Shown here piece after piece: positions 25,589 to 37,789 of a stretch of DNA of 64,000 bases (within the stretch, counting starts at the first letter, position 1; each line of letters opens with the position of its first letter). The stretch is from assembly GCA_964016885.1 (NCBI GenBank), contig OZ024741.1:235104001-235168000 (forward strand). The letters run 5' to 3'. The notes beneath the pieces are model-generated. The model saw only the letters and a list, made by a program, of their open reading frames with translations, made no database searches and was not told the origin of the DNA. The translations under genes were made by a program, and so were the position numbers. Source of the stretch: Eledone cirrhosa. Lineage: Eukaryota.

Positions 25589-26023
25589 TTGCAATAATTT
25601 CTGAACAGATTTTCTCACTGGGGTGTTAGCTTCAAAAAACATCTTCCTCGCTTGTCCTGATGTTGGCTGTTGTTTTTCTACGTCATCATATATTCTGGCC
25701 AATATTTGCTGCCATACTCCCCATCAGCTACTCTCCGTCCGACACACTTCATTGAATTCATGCTGGGTTTGGTATTTCACAAGTCACTCACACACACATA
25801 TACACACACATACTCACACACATATATACATACACATACACTCACACGCGCACATACATATATACATATATATATATATACACACATATACATACACACA
25901 CATGTACATATACACACCCATATGCATATACACACACACACGCCCACGACCCTATAACTAACAACATACGCGTCCACAGGCGCCTGCCTACATGCCCTCG
26001 TACATCAGCTCTCACACGCACGC

Positions 26024-26064
<41 letters not shown>

Positions 26065-26374
26065 CACGCATACAAGGGCACCCATATACGTACGCGTACA
26101 TCTACTCATATACACAAACACGTACAGACATATACATAGACACGCACACGCACATACACACGCCTGTCCGTACAAAGAGGCATATATATATTTATATATA
26201 TATATGTATATATATTTATATATATATTTATATATATATATGATTTTATGTATATATATATATTGTTATACTTTGGGAGGATCATGTTGGCAACATCACC
26301 CTCCCAAAGTATAACAATATCGGTTTCAACACACGATTTCAGATAAAGAATCTTGCTAAACAAATTCAGAAACG

Positions 26375-26478
<104 letters not shown>

Positions 26479-26694
26479 GATAACAAGTTATCGTTATAAG
26501 GAATCCAGTTAGAGGTTGTGAGTACTCTGTGTCGTGGATAGTTTTAACATACGGCTTTGTTTGACTCAACAAGATGTTTCCATAGTTAGGTAGGGAGTTC
26601 GCGAGAATTCCTATGCAGGTTATACTTGGAATAATAATAGTGAAAGATTGAAGAGTAACATGGTCGGCTGTACAACAAGGGGCTTTATTTCAGG

Positions 26695-26802
26695 TATTAA
26701 CAATGGTTTCATTGATCAGGTGAGTTTAGAGGCCGCTAATCGCTCGAAGTTGCGTCACTCGATCTCCAATACATTATTTACCTCTGATCAAATCCTCGGA
26801 AT

Positions 26803-26803
<1 letters not shown>
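26695..26803 (-). ncRNA. Type-I hammerhead motif with CCGAGGA core and long stem II
   Basis: Minus: UAUU-CCGAGGA-U UUGAUCAG...CUGAUCAA U-GAAACCAUUGUU-AAUA, then AATAAA. Confidence 0.6.
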
Positions 26804-26886
<83 letters not shown>

Positions 26887-26967
26887 CCATACATATACAT
26901 ACGCATACAGAGATATACATGCATGTATATCCATGTGTGCATGTATATATATTTGTGTGTGTGTATG

Positions 26968-27025
<58 letters not shown>

Positions 27026-27440
27026 TATGTGTGTGGCCGAAACTATGTCCTATAGGGAGGCGATACCAGCGGATAAGCAAGTCATCCTTCCTTTCTAGAA
27101 CTTAGGAGGCAGATTTTCCGGTCACCCTCAGAATTGCACCCGGTGCGACTGGCTCAAGAATCAGATTCAAAAGCTTTTTCTTTGCCTTTCTAGTTCCTCA
27201 AGGCAAAATACCATAAAGCCGATCTTGCTCCCATATTTATAACAAATCTTTTTTTTTTTCTTTTTTGCCCGACATAAGTTTCATGCCCTTCGTTTCTGCT
27301 CCTTCAATTGGAAACAGCTTCAATATGGTTCTGATGCCACTGTCCAGATGTCATTTTCTTACAAAGGTGACAACGAACCTTAATTGGTAGTTCGTGTGGT
27401 CATTTCGACAATTCTCAACTAGATGCTGGGCTGGATTTAA

Positions 27441-28150
27441 AAAAATGTATGCACAAAGCCAGCAATTTGGGGATGGGAAAGTTGATTAAATCAACTCCAG
27501 TACGTTACTGATGCTTTATTTTAGCGACCCTGTAAGGATGAAAGGCAAAGCTAACCTCGGGGGAATTTGAACTCAGAACGTAAAGGGTCATAACTCTATG
27601 CAGCGTCACTATCGATACTGCCAATCCACGGCCTTAGTAGAAATAACTGTTTCTACTTTTGGCATAAGGCCAGCAATTCACCAGTACATTACTGGTACTT
27701 TATTTTATCGACCACGTAAGGATGAAAGGCAAAGTTAACCTCGACGGGATTTGATCTCAGACCGTAAAGGGACGTAATTATGCTAGAAAGCATGGCGTCC
27801 AACCCTCTGCTGATACTGCCAATTCACCGCCCTTATAGTAGAAATAATAATAATTGTTTCTTCTTTTGGCACAAGGCCAGCAATTACACAGTGTATTACT
27901 GGTACTTTATTTTATCGACCCCATAAGGATGAAAGGCAAAGTTAACCTCGGCGGGATTAGAAATAATAATAATTGTTTCTACTTTTGGCACTAGGCCAGC
28001 AATTATCCCAGTGCATTACTGGTACTTTATTTTATCGACCCCGTAAGGATGAAAGGCAAAGTTAACCTCGACGGGATTTGAACTCAGACCGTAAAGGGAC
28101 GTAACTATGCTAGAGAGCATGGCGTTCAACCCTCTACTGATACTGCCAAT
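27441..28150 (-). mobile_element. Four head-to-tail family-1 SINE copies
   Basis: Copies at about 27441-27633, 27641-27832, 27847-27958 (5'-truncated) and 27961-28150, each with AAGGATGAAAGGCAAAG(T/C)TAACCTCG. Confidence 0.9.
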
Positions 28151-28910
28151 ATAAAAGAAAAACAGCTGAAAATCTGTCACGAAAATGGAACGCATCTTGA
28201 CTGAGCAGTGAAAATACACCTTTGGCCCTTATGAGTCATTGTCACCCACTTTTAAGACCCAATCGACTTTTGAATCGATATAACTTCCAATTCCCTTCAT
28301 TCAGACCTTTGCTTACTAACATCTGTGAGTCAGTGTCACTTGGTTTTAAAATCCAATCGACTTCTGAATCGATACCACTTCCAATGCAATTCTCTGTGAT
28401 CTTTGCTTATTTTACACCATGTACAAGAGCTTATGAGCGAGATAGTATTTCATATAAAATCTATGCCTGACACCGCGCTTCGCCCTCGATTTTGAAGTTC
28501 AGTCAGGCGGTGTCGTACGTTTTCCCATTTTTTAATGGACGAGATGACAGACGAGTTATCTATCAGGATTTCCTTTAACTGATCCTTCGAGGAAACATCA
28601 AAAGCCCAGACTTTCTTCGTTAGGCAAAGATTGGTTAATGTTTTCCTTGTCTGTACCTGTTCTTGTATAAATTCGTCGGCAAAAGAGATAGCGTCCTTAC
28701 TAACAGAATTTTACCTCAGCTCAACTTATAACTATGCTCTATCCATAATTAAAATTTCGATGTTGAAGTCAATGTTGGTAAAATTGGCTACGATTGTGCA
28801 TTTCTCGTTCGATGACGTTTGCGTATGTACGTGAGAGTCAATGTTATTATAGTGGACTTTGCAATAGTTCTCAAAACCATCCAATAAGTTATCTATTTTT
28901 TCGAAAAAAC

Positions 28911-29069
28911 TACCTAATTTCCCTGCACCTAAGACGATTCGTCCTCGAGGAGGCACCCTAATTTTGACAACAAAAATGTGAAAAAAAAAAAAAATAATAA
29001 TAAACAACCTTCGGCCTCCAGGACTTATTTTAGGGGAAAAAGTAGTCTTCGATGCCGGGAAATGCGGTA
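28911..29069. mobile_element. Tc2/pogo-like MITE
   Basis: Degenerate TIRs TACCTAATTTCCCTGCACCTAAGAC / GTCTTCGATGCCGGGAAATGCGGTA with TA at both ends. Confidence 0.6.
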
Positions 29070-29369
29070 AGTTTTTCCTTCTTGTATCATGTGTGTGCTG
29101 ATATACAAACAGTAGACTTGTCTTTGTTTTTCATGCATCGCGTTCGCAGAAATGTTTCTTTTGCTTCTTTCTTTTAGGCTGTAGTCATTTTCTGGTTGAC
29201 TTGATACTATTCCATATTAATCTAAAACCCAACAACGAAGGTTGCATTGTCAGAGCTAAGGTGCGTGCTCTCTGAAACGAGGGAGCGAAAGCTGTTTGAT
29301 GGGCCCAAATGGCAAAGGCGCAACATAGCAACAAAGTCACAATTAGGTGTTTTCCAAAATTCCACTATA

Positions 29370-29813
29370 GAGTTCTATAGAGGACTAATGGTGGGCAAGT
29401 GCGACGACATTCTCGGACAGGATCTGGGCCTCGACGAAGTCGAACTGACTAGTCTGCTCCCGAGCAAAGTTGATGAGGGATTGACCGAAGAGAAAAGTAT
29501 CTGTCTTCAGTCCTTTCAACCTCGTCCACCATACCAACTCTTTTGCTACGGCCACCAGACAAAGGAAAATTGCCTGCCCTTCCCGGCCAAAAGAAGGCAC
29601 TCGGGCAGCAGTTCCATGTCTGTAGAGTTTATCTCGAACACGCAATGCCCCCCCCCCCCCGGTAGCATTGCCAAGAGAGATATTTCTGGGAGATATCCAT
29701 AGCCCCGACTGGAAAGTCCTCCGGAACAGACTGGTCAGTTCGATTTCGTCGACGCCCAGAGCTTCTCCAAGAGCGTCGTCGTATTTGCCCACCACTAATC
29801 CACTTTAGAACTC
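29370..29813. mobile_element. Foldback/MITE with about 95-bp diverged inverted arms
   Basis: 29370-29462 is the approximate reverse complement of 29720-29813; the opposite-strand ORFs share near-identical peptides. Confidence 0.7.
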
Positions 29814-30433
29814 AAGGGTAAAATTTCCACTGACCACATTCCTGATGCCACGCGCGCAGTCTCGGTCTCTTCTTGACCAATGGCTGCAGTTCAGTCAATA
29901 CTGGTTGTCGGACAAGATAGACTACTTTGCTTATCAATATTACTCTCGCATTTGAAGCTTACTGGCAACATAACCATGCATGATTTTCATGGATTCGTCG
30001 CGGTATTACTGTGTGAGATTTTGGTTATCTCAAGGAGCTCCTTCCAAACTCTCATGGTGTTATCTGCCTCATATAGATAGATATGGTTCTGTAGATTGGC
30101 TTCTACGCATGGTGGATCGTAGATGTTGTCGGAAGGATATGATGCTAACTGCCTCAGTACAAATATCGTACTAACTGCCTCAGGACAAATCTGGGCTTCA
30201 CAGAACCAGAAAGAACACGGCTAGGCAGGAAGTTGCAAGTACAGTCCATTAATGGAACCGTAAGAATATGTAACAGATTTCAGAAAATCAGCATGCAATA
30301 ATTGCATCTACTCGTGTATAGATACAAAAACATATAACACAAGACATACAGATATACACATGCAATAACATCCATCCCTGCACACACACACACACACGCG
30401 CACGCGCGCGCGCGCACGCACGCACACACGCAC

Positions 30434-30490
<57 letters not shown>

Positions 30491-30629
30491 TATGTATATA
30501 CAGAAATTCCAATGGAACAGTCTTGTTTCTAATGGTGAACATTTATAAAATGATAAAGCTAGAAGAACATACATACATACATACATACATACATACATAC
30601 ATACATACATACATACATACATACATACA

Positions 30630-30665
<36 letters not shown>

Positions 30666-30903
30666 TATATATACATACATATATACATATATATATACAT
30701 ACATATATATATACATACATATATATACATATATATACATACATATATACATACATATATATATATACATACATATATATATATATACATACATATATAT
30801 ATATACATACATATATATATATATACATACATATATATATATATTCATATATATATATATATACATACATATATATATATACATACATACATACATACAT
30901 ACA

Positions 30904-30935
<32 letters not shown>

Positions 30936-30962
30936 CATATATATATATACATACATATATAC

Positions 30963-31366
30963 ATGGTGGCTGCCAACTCGTTTTCGAGTACGGCCACTAC
31001 TTTATATCCATGTAGGAGAACCCCTACCGATGCGCTGAACGAGTGGGACTTTTTAGTCCAGCCAGCGACTTGAAAACTCTGGTACAAACACTACACCTTT
31101 GACAATTATTGACACATAGTGCTGGGCCCATGGTACCATGTGACGACAAGTGCAGAGAGATCTCCAGATATAAAGCAATGCCTGCGCCATGAAGCTTTTA
31201 TAGTAAGCAAAGGCACTGCACAAAGCCAGTCCCACTCTCTTAACCAAGATGATATTTACCAAAAAGAAGAACAAGTCAACATCATTGGATACCATCAGGG
31301 TTGCAGGTGTTATATCAGAGTTTTCCTTCTCCTAGAATTCTGCCTTGACAAAGGCTAAGGGGGTCA
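30963..31366 (-). mobile_element. Non-autonomous RTE-related element, copy A
   Basis: About 400 bp, near-identical to copies at 34720 and 35737; 5' motif CTAGGAGAAGGAAAACTC; runs into an (ATGT)n-like tail. Confidence 0.8.
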
Positions 31367-31403
31367 TACATATATACATACATACATACATGCATGCATG
31401 CAT

Positions 31404-34400
31404 GAGGATTGCAGCGTCTTCACAGACGATTGCCGTCTCTAATTGATTCTTCGTTGTCATCCCATCTGCGTCCATGACTTCGTAGATGACTTTGTAGGCC
31501 AGCTGTAGATCTGCATGGTTTAAGACACAGGTGACTGAAGAAAGTTGTATTTTTCACAGGACCGGTGGTGTCACCCTGTGGGGCACAATCTTTATGTACC
31601 ACCATGTGTTTTTTTTTTAGTCCAGAACTAGTTCTACACACTTTGTTGCATATCATGCACGTTGTTTCACCAGGTCTTTGTTGAGTGGTGTTTCAAGTGG
31701 TTATCCTTTCATGTGACTTCAGGTGATTAACATAACCAGCCTTGGAGAGGACTACACGCTGACAGAAATTGTATGTCCAACTACTGATGACTTCATCAAG
31801 ACTGTGAGCACAGCCCTTTCGGAGCTGATGCTTCAGATGTTTATGTTCTAGACGACATTCCTCAAAAGTTTTGCAGCTGCCCTTTATCCGCTTTTCCCAT
31901 TCAACCCTATTTAGAGCTGTCTCCACCCAGTTGTCTATATCAAATGCCAGCTCTTTGAGATTGTTCTTGATGCTGTCCCTAAACCTCATTTTCGGTTTGT
32001 GTTGAGGTCTTTTTCCAAGATGGAGCTCACCGTAAAACAGTTGCTTCGGGATCCTGCTTTCTTTCATGCGGACGATAAGTCCTGTCCAGCGCATTTGAGA
32101 AGATGTTACTTGGGCTCAATGCTTGGACATTCTGCTTTGATAAGAACATGGATGTCAGGAGTTCTGTCTTGCCACTTGATGTTGAATATGCGCTTTCAAT
32201 TTTCTGGTGAAAACGCTCAAGCAATTTGGTGTGTTTGTGGAATAGCGTCCAGGTTTCGGCGGAGTATAAAAAGAGCAGACAGAACACATGATGTGTACAC
32301 ATACACCTTGGTATTGTTGGTAATGTTGCAATTTGCCCAGACTATCTTTTTCAATTTTCCGAAGGCAAAAGAGGCCTTCTGGATGCGCAGATGTATTTCA
32401 GCGTCCAAGGAGCCATCATTTGAGAGTGTGCTATCCAAGTAGACAAATGTATCTACTACTTCTAGCCTGGTTCCATCAACCATGATATGGAGTTCAGTAT
32501 ATGGTTCTCCAGGAACAGAGGTAAACATTACTTTGGTCTTTTTAAGGTTGATTGTAAGCCTAAATGCTGTACACGAGGATGAGAAACGGCCCATAATGTG
32601 CTGCATGTCAGCTTCTGTGTGTGCTAGGAAGTCAGCGTCGTCGGCGTAAAGAAGGTCTCTGATCAAATCTTGAAAAGTATTTGTCTTGGCATTAAATCTT
32701 CTTAAGTTGAAAACCTTTCCAGTGGTTCTGAACCGTAAAAGAATGCCTCTGTCACAATCATGGAAAGCATGTGTGAGCAAAGCAGCAAAGAAGACGGAGA
32801 AAAGCGTAGGAGCAGGAATATCACCTTGCTTTACCCCGTTGCCAATTGGGATTTCCCCAGCTAGTTGGCCATAAGAGGTAACCCGAGCTTTCATATTTCT
32901 ATGCAGCTGCTTTAGCATACTTACAAACTTGGGTGGACATCCCACTTTTCCAAGTATTATCCAGAGTACATCTCTGTTAACTGTGTCAAAGGCCTTCGTT
33001 AGGTCGACAAAGACTTGATATAGGGGGACACACTGCTCAATGCATTTTTCTTGTATTTGTTTTACAGAGAAAATCATGTCAACTGTTCCCCTTCCTCTTC
33101 TAAAACCATCTGTGATTCTGGGGTAGCTGTAGGACAGATATCTTCCTCCAGTCTGATAAGCAAATGTCTTGCGAGAACCTTGCCAACAGCCTCCAACAAA
33201 GTGATGCCAAGGTAGTTTCCTCATATCGATTTTTTCCCTTTGCCTTTGCAGAATAATAACAGAATACCGTTGATCCAGTCTTGCGGAACCGGGGTCCCAC
33301 TCCAACAATCAATGATCAAGTTGTTTATTGCTTCTGTTACATTATCACCATCTGGTGCTTTGCAGAAGTTAACCTGCTTGACTACCAGCTTTATTTCATC
33401 AGCAGAGGGAAGTCGATCTATACGGTGGACTGTTTCACTCCAAAATTAACCGCTGATGGGTTGTCAAACAGGTCAGTAAAATGTTCCTCCCAACGCTGAA
33501 GGATTTTTGATGGCTCTTTAATGATGATATTGGCCTCGTCTTTATATCTCAGAAGAATTACTGAGGATGTTGGTGGGCCGAAGACTTGGTGTATCGATGA
33601 GTAAAATGACTTCGAATCTTTGGTGTTAAAAGCCTGTTGGATTTCCGAAGAGATATTCTACCACTCATTTTGCATCCTGCGCAGTTCGCGCTGCAGTGTT
33701 GCCTTGTGATCTTTGAAGGCTTTCCTGTCAGCTGGTTGTGCTACGGCATTCTGATTCAGGACCTTTTTCATAGAGAGTGTGCTTGGTGTGCTTGGTTTTA
33801 AATAGCTGATTGATATTAGGATTGTTGTCATCGAACCAGTCCTGGGATTTCTTGGTTCTGAAGCCAAGTACCTCAGATCCCACTGAGTAAACTTAATCTC
33901 TAAAATTTTCCCAGGTGCCATCAAAATCAAGACCGTCAAATCTTTCTGTTAGGGTTGCACGCACATCTGATTGCCTCAGTTTGGTGACATCAATGCGTTT
34001 CGGTACTTTCACTCCACTCATACGAATTCTTTTGCGGATACTAATCTTGAACTTTCCTCGCACTAATTTGTGTTCAGTGCCACATTCTGCACTACGCAAC
34101 ACACGCACTATACAGGCATCACTTAGATCTCGTTTACGAGTGATGATGAAATCAATCGTGTGTCTATGCTTGGATCTTGGATGATACCAGCTTCTGACGG
34201 AAAAGAGTGTTGCAAATGGTTAAGTTGAGTCCTGAGCAGAGTTCAAGCAACCGCAGGCCTCTGGTATTCATTTTACTAATACCAAATGGATCAATGGTGC
34301 CCCACGTCTCGTGATCACTACCCACACGAGCATTCTTTACATTTTGCTTTATTCTTATTGCTGCTCGAGTGAAACCAAGTAAGCTCTGGGCGCCTGTGTG

Positions 34401-34663
34401 TAGATTTGTGACTATAAGCTTCCAACTGGTCAGGTCTGTACATGTTACCATGCGTCTATCACCTCAATTCGTCTATCGGAAATAGGATAGACGAAGAAAG
34501 ATGTAAGAGACATCTGTACATCAGTATATGTGGTAAACGCTTGTACAACACGAGTACCACTCTCTGAGTATTCGCAACTAGAGTCCAGTGACATGCCGAA
34601 GATTACTGGGAGTTGCTTCAACCGCAAGGTTTAAGGAGTTTCCTTCTAACTTGATGACACCCA
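31404..34663 (-). mobile_element. RTE-clade LINE, degenerate, with C-terminal C2H2 zinc fingers
   Basis: Endonuclease C-half (NARVGSD, CNTLF, AECGTEHKLV), RT (GFRRGRGTVDMIF, FVDLTKAFDTVNR, GVKQGD, LLYADD), RTE motif RIPKQLFYGEL, three fingers, (CATG/TATG)n tail; multiple frameshifts and stops. Confidence 0.95.
32217..33308 (-). pseudogene. Reverse transcriptase ORF segment of the RTE LINE
   Basis: 363-aa track ORF containing YADD (about 32638-32649); both ends frameshifted. Confidence 0.9.
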
Positions 34664-34719
34664 TACATACGACACACACACACACACACACATACATACA
34701 TACATACATACATACATAC

Positions 34720-35132
34720 ATGGTGGCTGCCAACTCGTTTTCGAGTACGGCCACTACTTTATATCCATGTAGGAGAACTCCTACCGAAGCGCTGAACGAG
34801 TGTGACTTTTTAGTCCAGCCATTGACTTGAAAACTCTGGTACAAACACTACACTTGTGACAATTATTGACACACAGTGCTGGGCCCATGGTACCATGTGA
34901 CGACAAGTGCAGAGAGATCTCCAGATACAAAGCAATGCCTGTGCCGTGAAGCTTTTATAGTGAGCAAAGGCACTGTACAAAGCCAGTCCCACTCTCTTAA
35001 CCAAGAAGATATTTACCAAAAAGAAGAACAAGTCAACATCATTGGATACCATCAGGGTTGCAGGTGTTATATCAGAGTTTTCCTTCTCCTAGAATTCTGC
35101 CTTGACAAAGGCTAAGGAGTCATCTCTCCCGA
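34720..35132 (-). mobile_element. Non-autonomous RTE-related element, copy B
   Basis: Near-identical to copy A; (TACA)n on both sides. Confidence 0.85.
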
Positions 35133-35166
35133 CATACATACATACATACATACATACATACATACA

Positions 35167-35198
<32 letters not shown>

Positions 35199-35199
35199 G

Positions 35200-35626
35200 A
35201 ATGTCTGCAACTCGGTTTCGAGAATTGCCATCCCCTGACCTTTTTCGCATACGTGAGTAGCACGAACATGATTTTTTATCCCTCCAAGGACTAGATTCCT
35301 TTCTACTTTGCTGCAGTGCAAGTAAAAAGAAAAGACCATGCTCATGCAACACATGCAAAAGCTGTTTAGATTAGATGATGCCTGTGCTTGAAGCTTCTTT
35401 TAAGTGAAGAAAAACCTTGCACTGGACCAATCCCATTCTCTGAACAACGTTGACAGTTATCCTAAAAAAAAATCAGGTCAACATCATTGGCTACCATCGA
35501 GTTACAGGTTTTACATTAGAGTTTTCCTTCTCTTAGAATGATGTCTTAACAAGAACTAGGGGTCTATCACTACCGGTAGGCTAACCGCACGCTCGGGCAC
35601 CAAACCAAGTATTTCCATGTCCCGGT
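35200..35626 (-). mobile_element. Diverged relative, copy C
   Basis: Shares gtcaacatcattgg...accatc and agagttttccttctc; extends further at the 5' end. Confidence 0.7.
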
Positions 35627-35635
35627 ACATACATT

Positions 35636-36130
<495 letters not shown>

Positions 36131-36166
36131 TACATACATACATACATACATACATACATACATACA

Positions 36167-36197
<31 letters not shown>

Positions 36198-36841
36198 TTA
36201 TGTATGCATATATGTGTGTGCATATATATATATGTATATATATATATTTGTATATGTATGTGTATTTGCTGATAGGCCAATGCTACAAGAATGGCGACAG
36301 TTATAAACCTTCGTTTATACGAAGTTTTGATGTAATAGTAACATTTGCACTTGACACTGTTTAAAGCACGGTTTCTTTCATTGAGAGAGGAAGAGAGACC
36401 GAGCAGGAGGGATGTCTATATTACTGGGAGAGAGAGAGAGAAAGAGAGAGAAAGAGAGAGAAAGAGAGAGAAAGCGTGAGGGGACTGAACGATAGTGAGA
36501 GAGCAATTAATATTATTGAGAAGAAAAGAGATAGATATGCCTGAATTATAGAGAGAAAGACAGAGAGAGAGCATGAGGAGATATATATATAAGCAATACT
36601 TCAGAATTTATTTTAAATTTCGAGAGAAAAAGTAAACAAAAAAAAAAAAATATTAATTAGAAAGAAAAAAAAAATGCTGAATTGATTATCTCCCTTAGAC
36701 GCTAGCATCGTTATGAATCTAAACTTATTTCGCAGTGTTTATGAAAAAGTGCGTATAAAGGTATATTAAATCTTTACGGCAATTGGACTGGACACATAGA
36801 AGTCATTAGCTGCGGCTGTTGACCTCTATGTATAATAGATT

Positions 36842-36957
36842 TATTTCTTTATTAGCCACAGGGGCACAAAAGAAGGGGACAAATACAAAGGGGGAAGTTT
36901 ACATACAATAAAAACGTGTAAAATGTTATCACAGATGGAATTTAAAAGTTAGTCGAT
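36842..36957 (-). mobile_element. Short retro-insertion with 23-bp target-site duplication
   Basis: TTGACCTCTATGTATAATAGATT at 36819-36841 and 36958-36980; the insert ends in AATAAAGAAATA on the minus strand. Confidence 0.7.
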
Positions 36958-37269
36958 TTGACCTCTATGTATAATAGATTGAACATAGAAAATGACAGAA
37001 AATACCTGTTCCTGAGAAAATGTTGACGATGTTTCGCTTTAGGTATATAAAATATATGAGGCAGCTTATTGGCGCTCTCTCGGTTCAAATCTCGCCGAAG
37101 ACAACTTTGCTTTCCATACTTTCAAGGTCGATAAAAAATACCAGTCCAGTACTGAGGTCGATCCCCCCCTCTCTCTCTCCCTCTCCCTCTCTGAAAGAAA
37201 CCGGGTGTGTTCAAACCTGGAGAGGGATTGTGTTCCGACGGGTTTAAAAAGTACCTAAGACACGAATGT

Positions 37270-37640
37270 CACAACTTGAGTCCACCATGAGTTACGGATC
37301 CATAGCTGAGTGGCATGAACATAATTATTTGGCGCTGCCAAGGATTTACAATCTTTCCTGCATATGCTGCAGTGAAAGAGAACAAAAACGCTTTTGGTTA
37401 TGACCAGCCACGCTCCTGCAACACGTGAAAGTCGTTCAGTGACGTCTGTGCTTGAAGCTTTTTTAAGGCCTTGTAGTGGACCAATCCCTCTCTTTGAACA
37501 ACGTTGACAGTTATCCCCAAAGAATAACCGGTGAACATCATTGGTTGCCATCGAGTCGCAGGTTTTACATCAGAGTTTTCCTCCGCCTAAAATAATGTCC
37601 TGACAAGGATAAGGGTTCTCTCACCCTCTGTGAGCTAACT
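37270..37640 (-). mobile_element. Diverged relative, copy E
   Basis: Matches copy C (ggaccaatccc...gaacaacgttgacagttatcc, catcagagttttcc). Confidence 0.7.
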
Positions 37641-37789
37641 TACATACATACCTGATGTATTAGACTTTGGGGTTCCCCCCAAAAGTTTCTGAACCAAAAA
37701 GGGTTCCGTTTTTGAAAAAGCTTGGTAAACCCTGGTATAGGGGAACAATAACTACCATGCTCTATGTCCACCTTGTCTGTTTCTACTGG

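Noticed and set aside
28200-28900. Possible decayed DNA transposase
   Set aside because: No diagnostic motif or TIR recognised.
30963-35132. LTR retrotransposon reading (direct repeats flanking an RT)
   Set aside because: The RT is non-LTR RTE type with no integrase or protease; the repeats have their own tails and further copies nearby.
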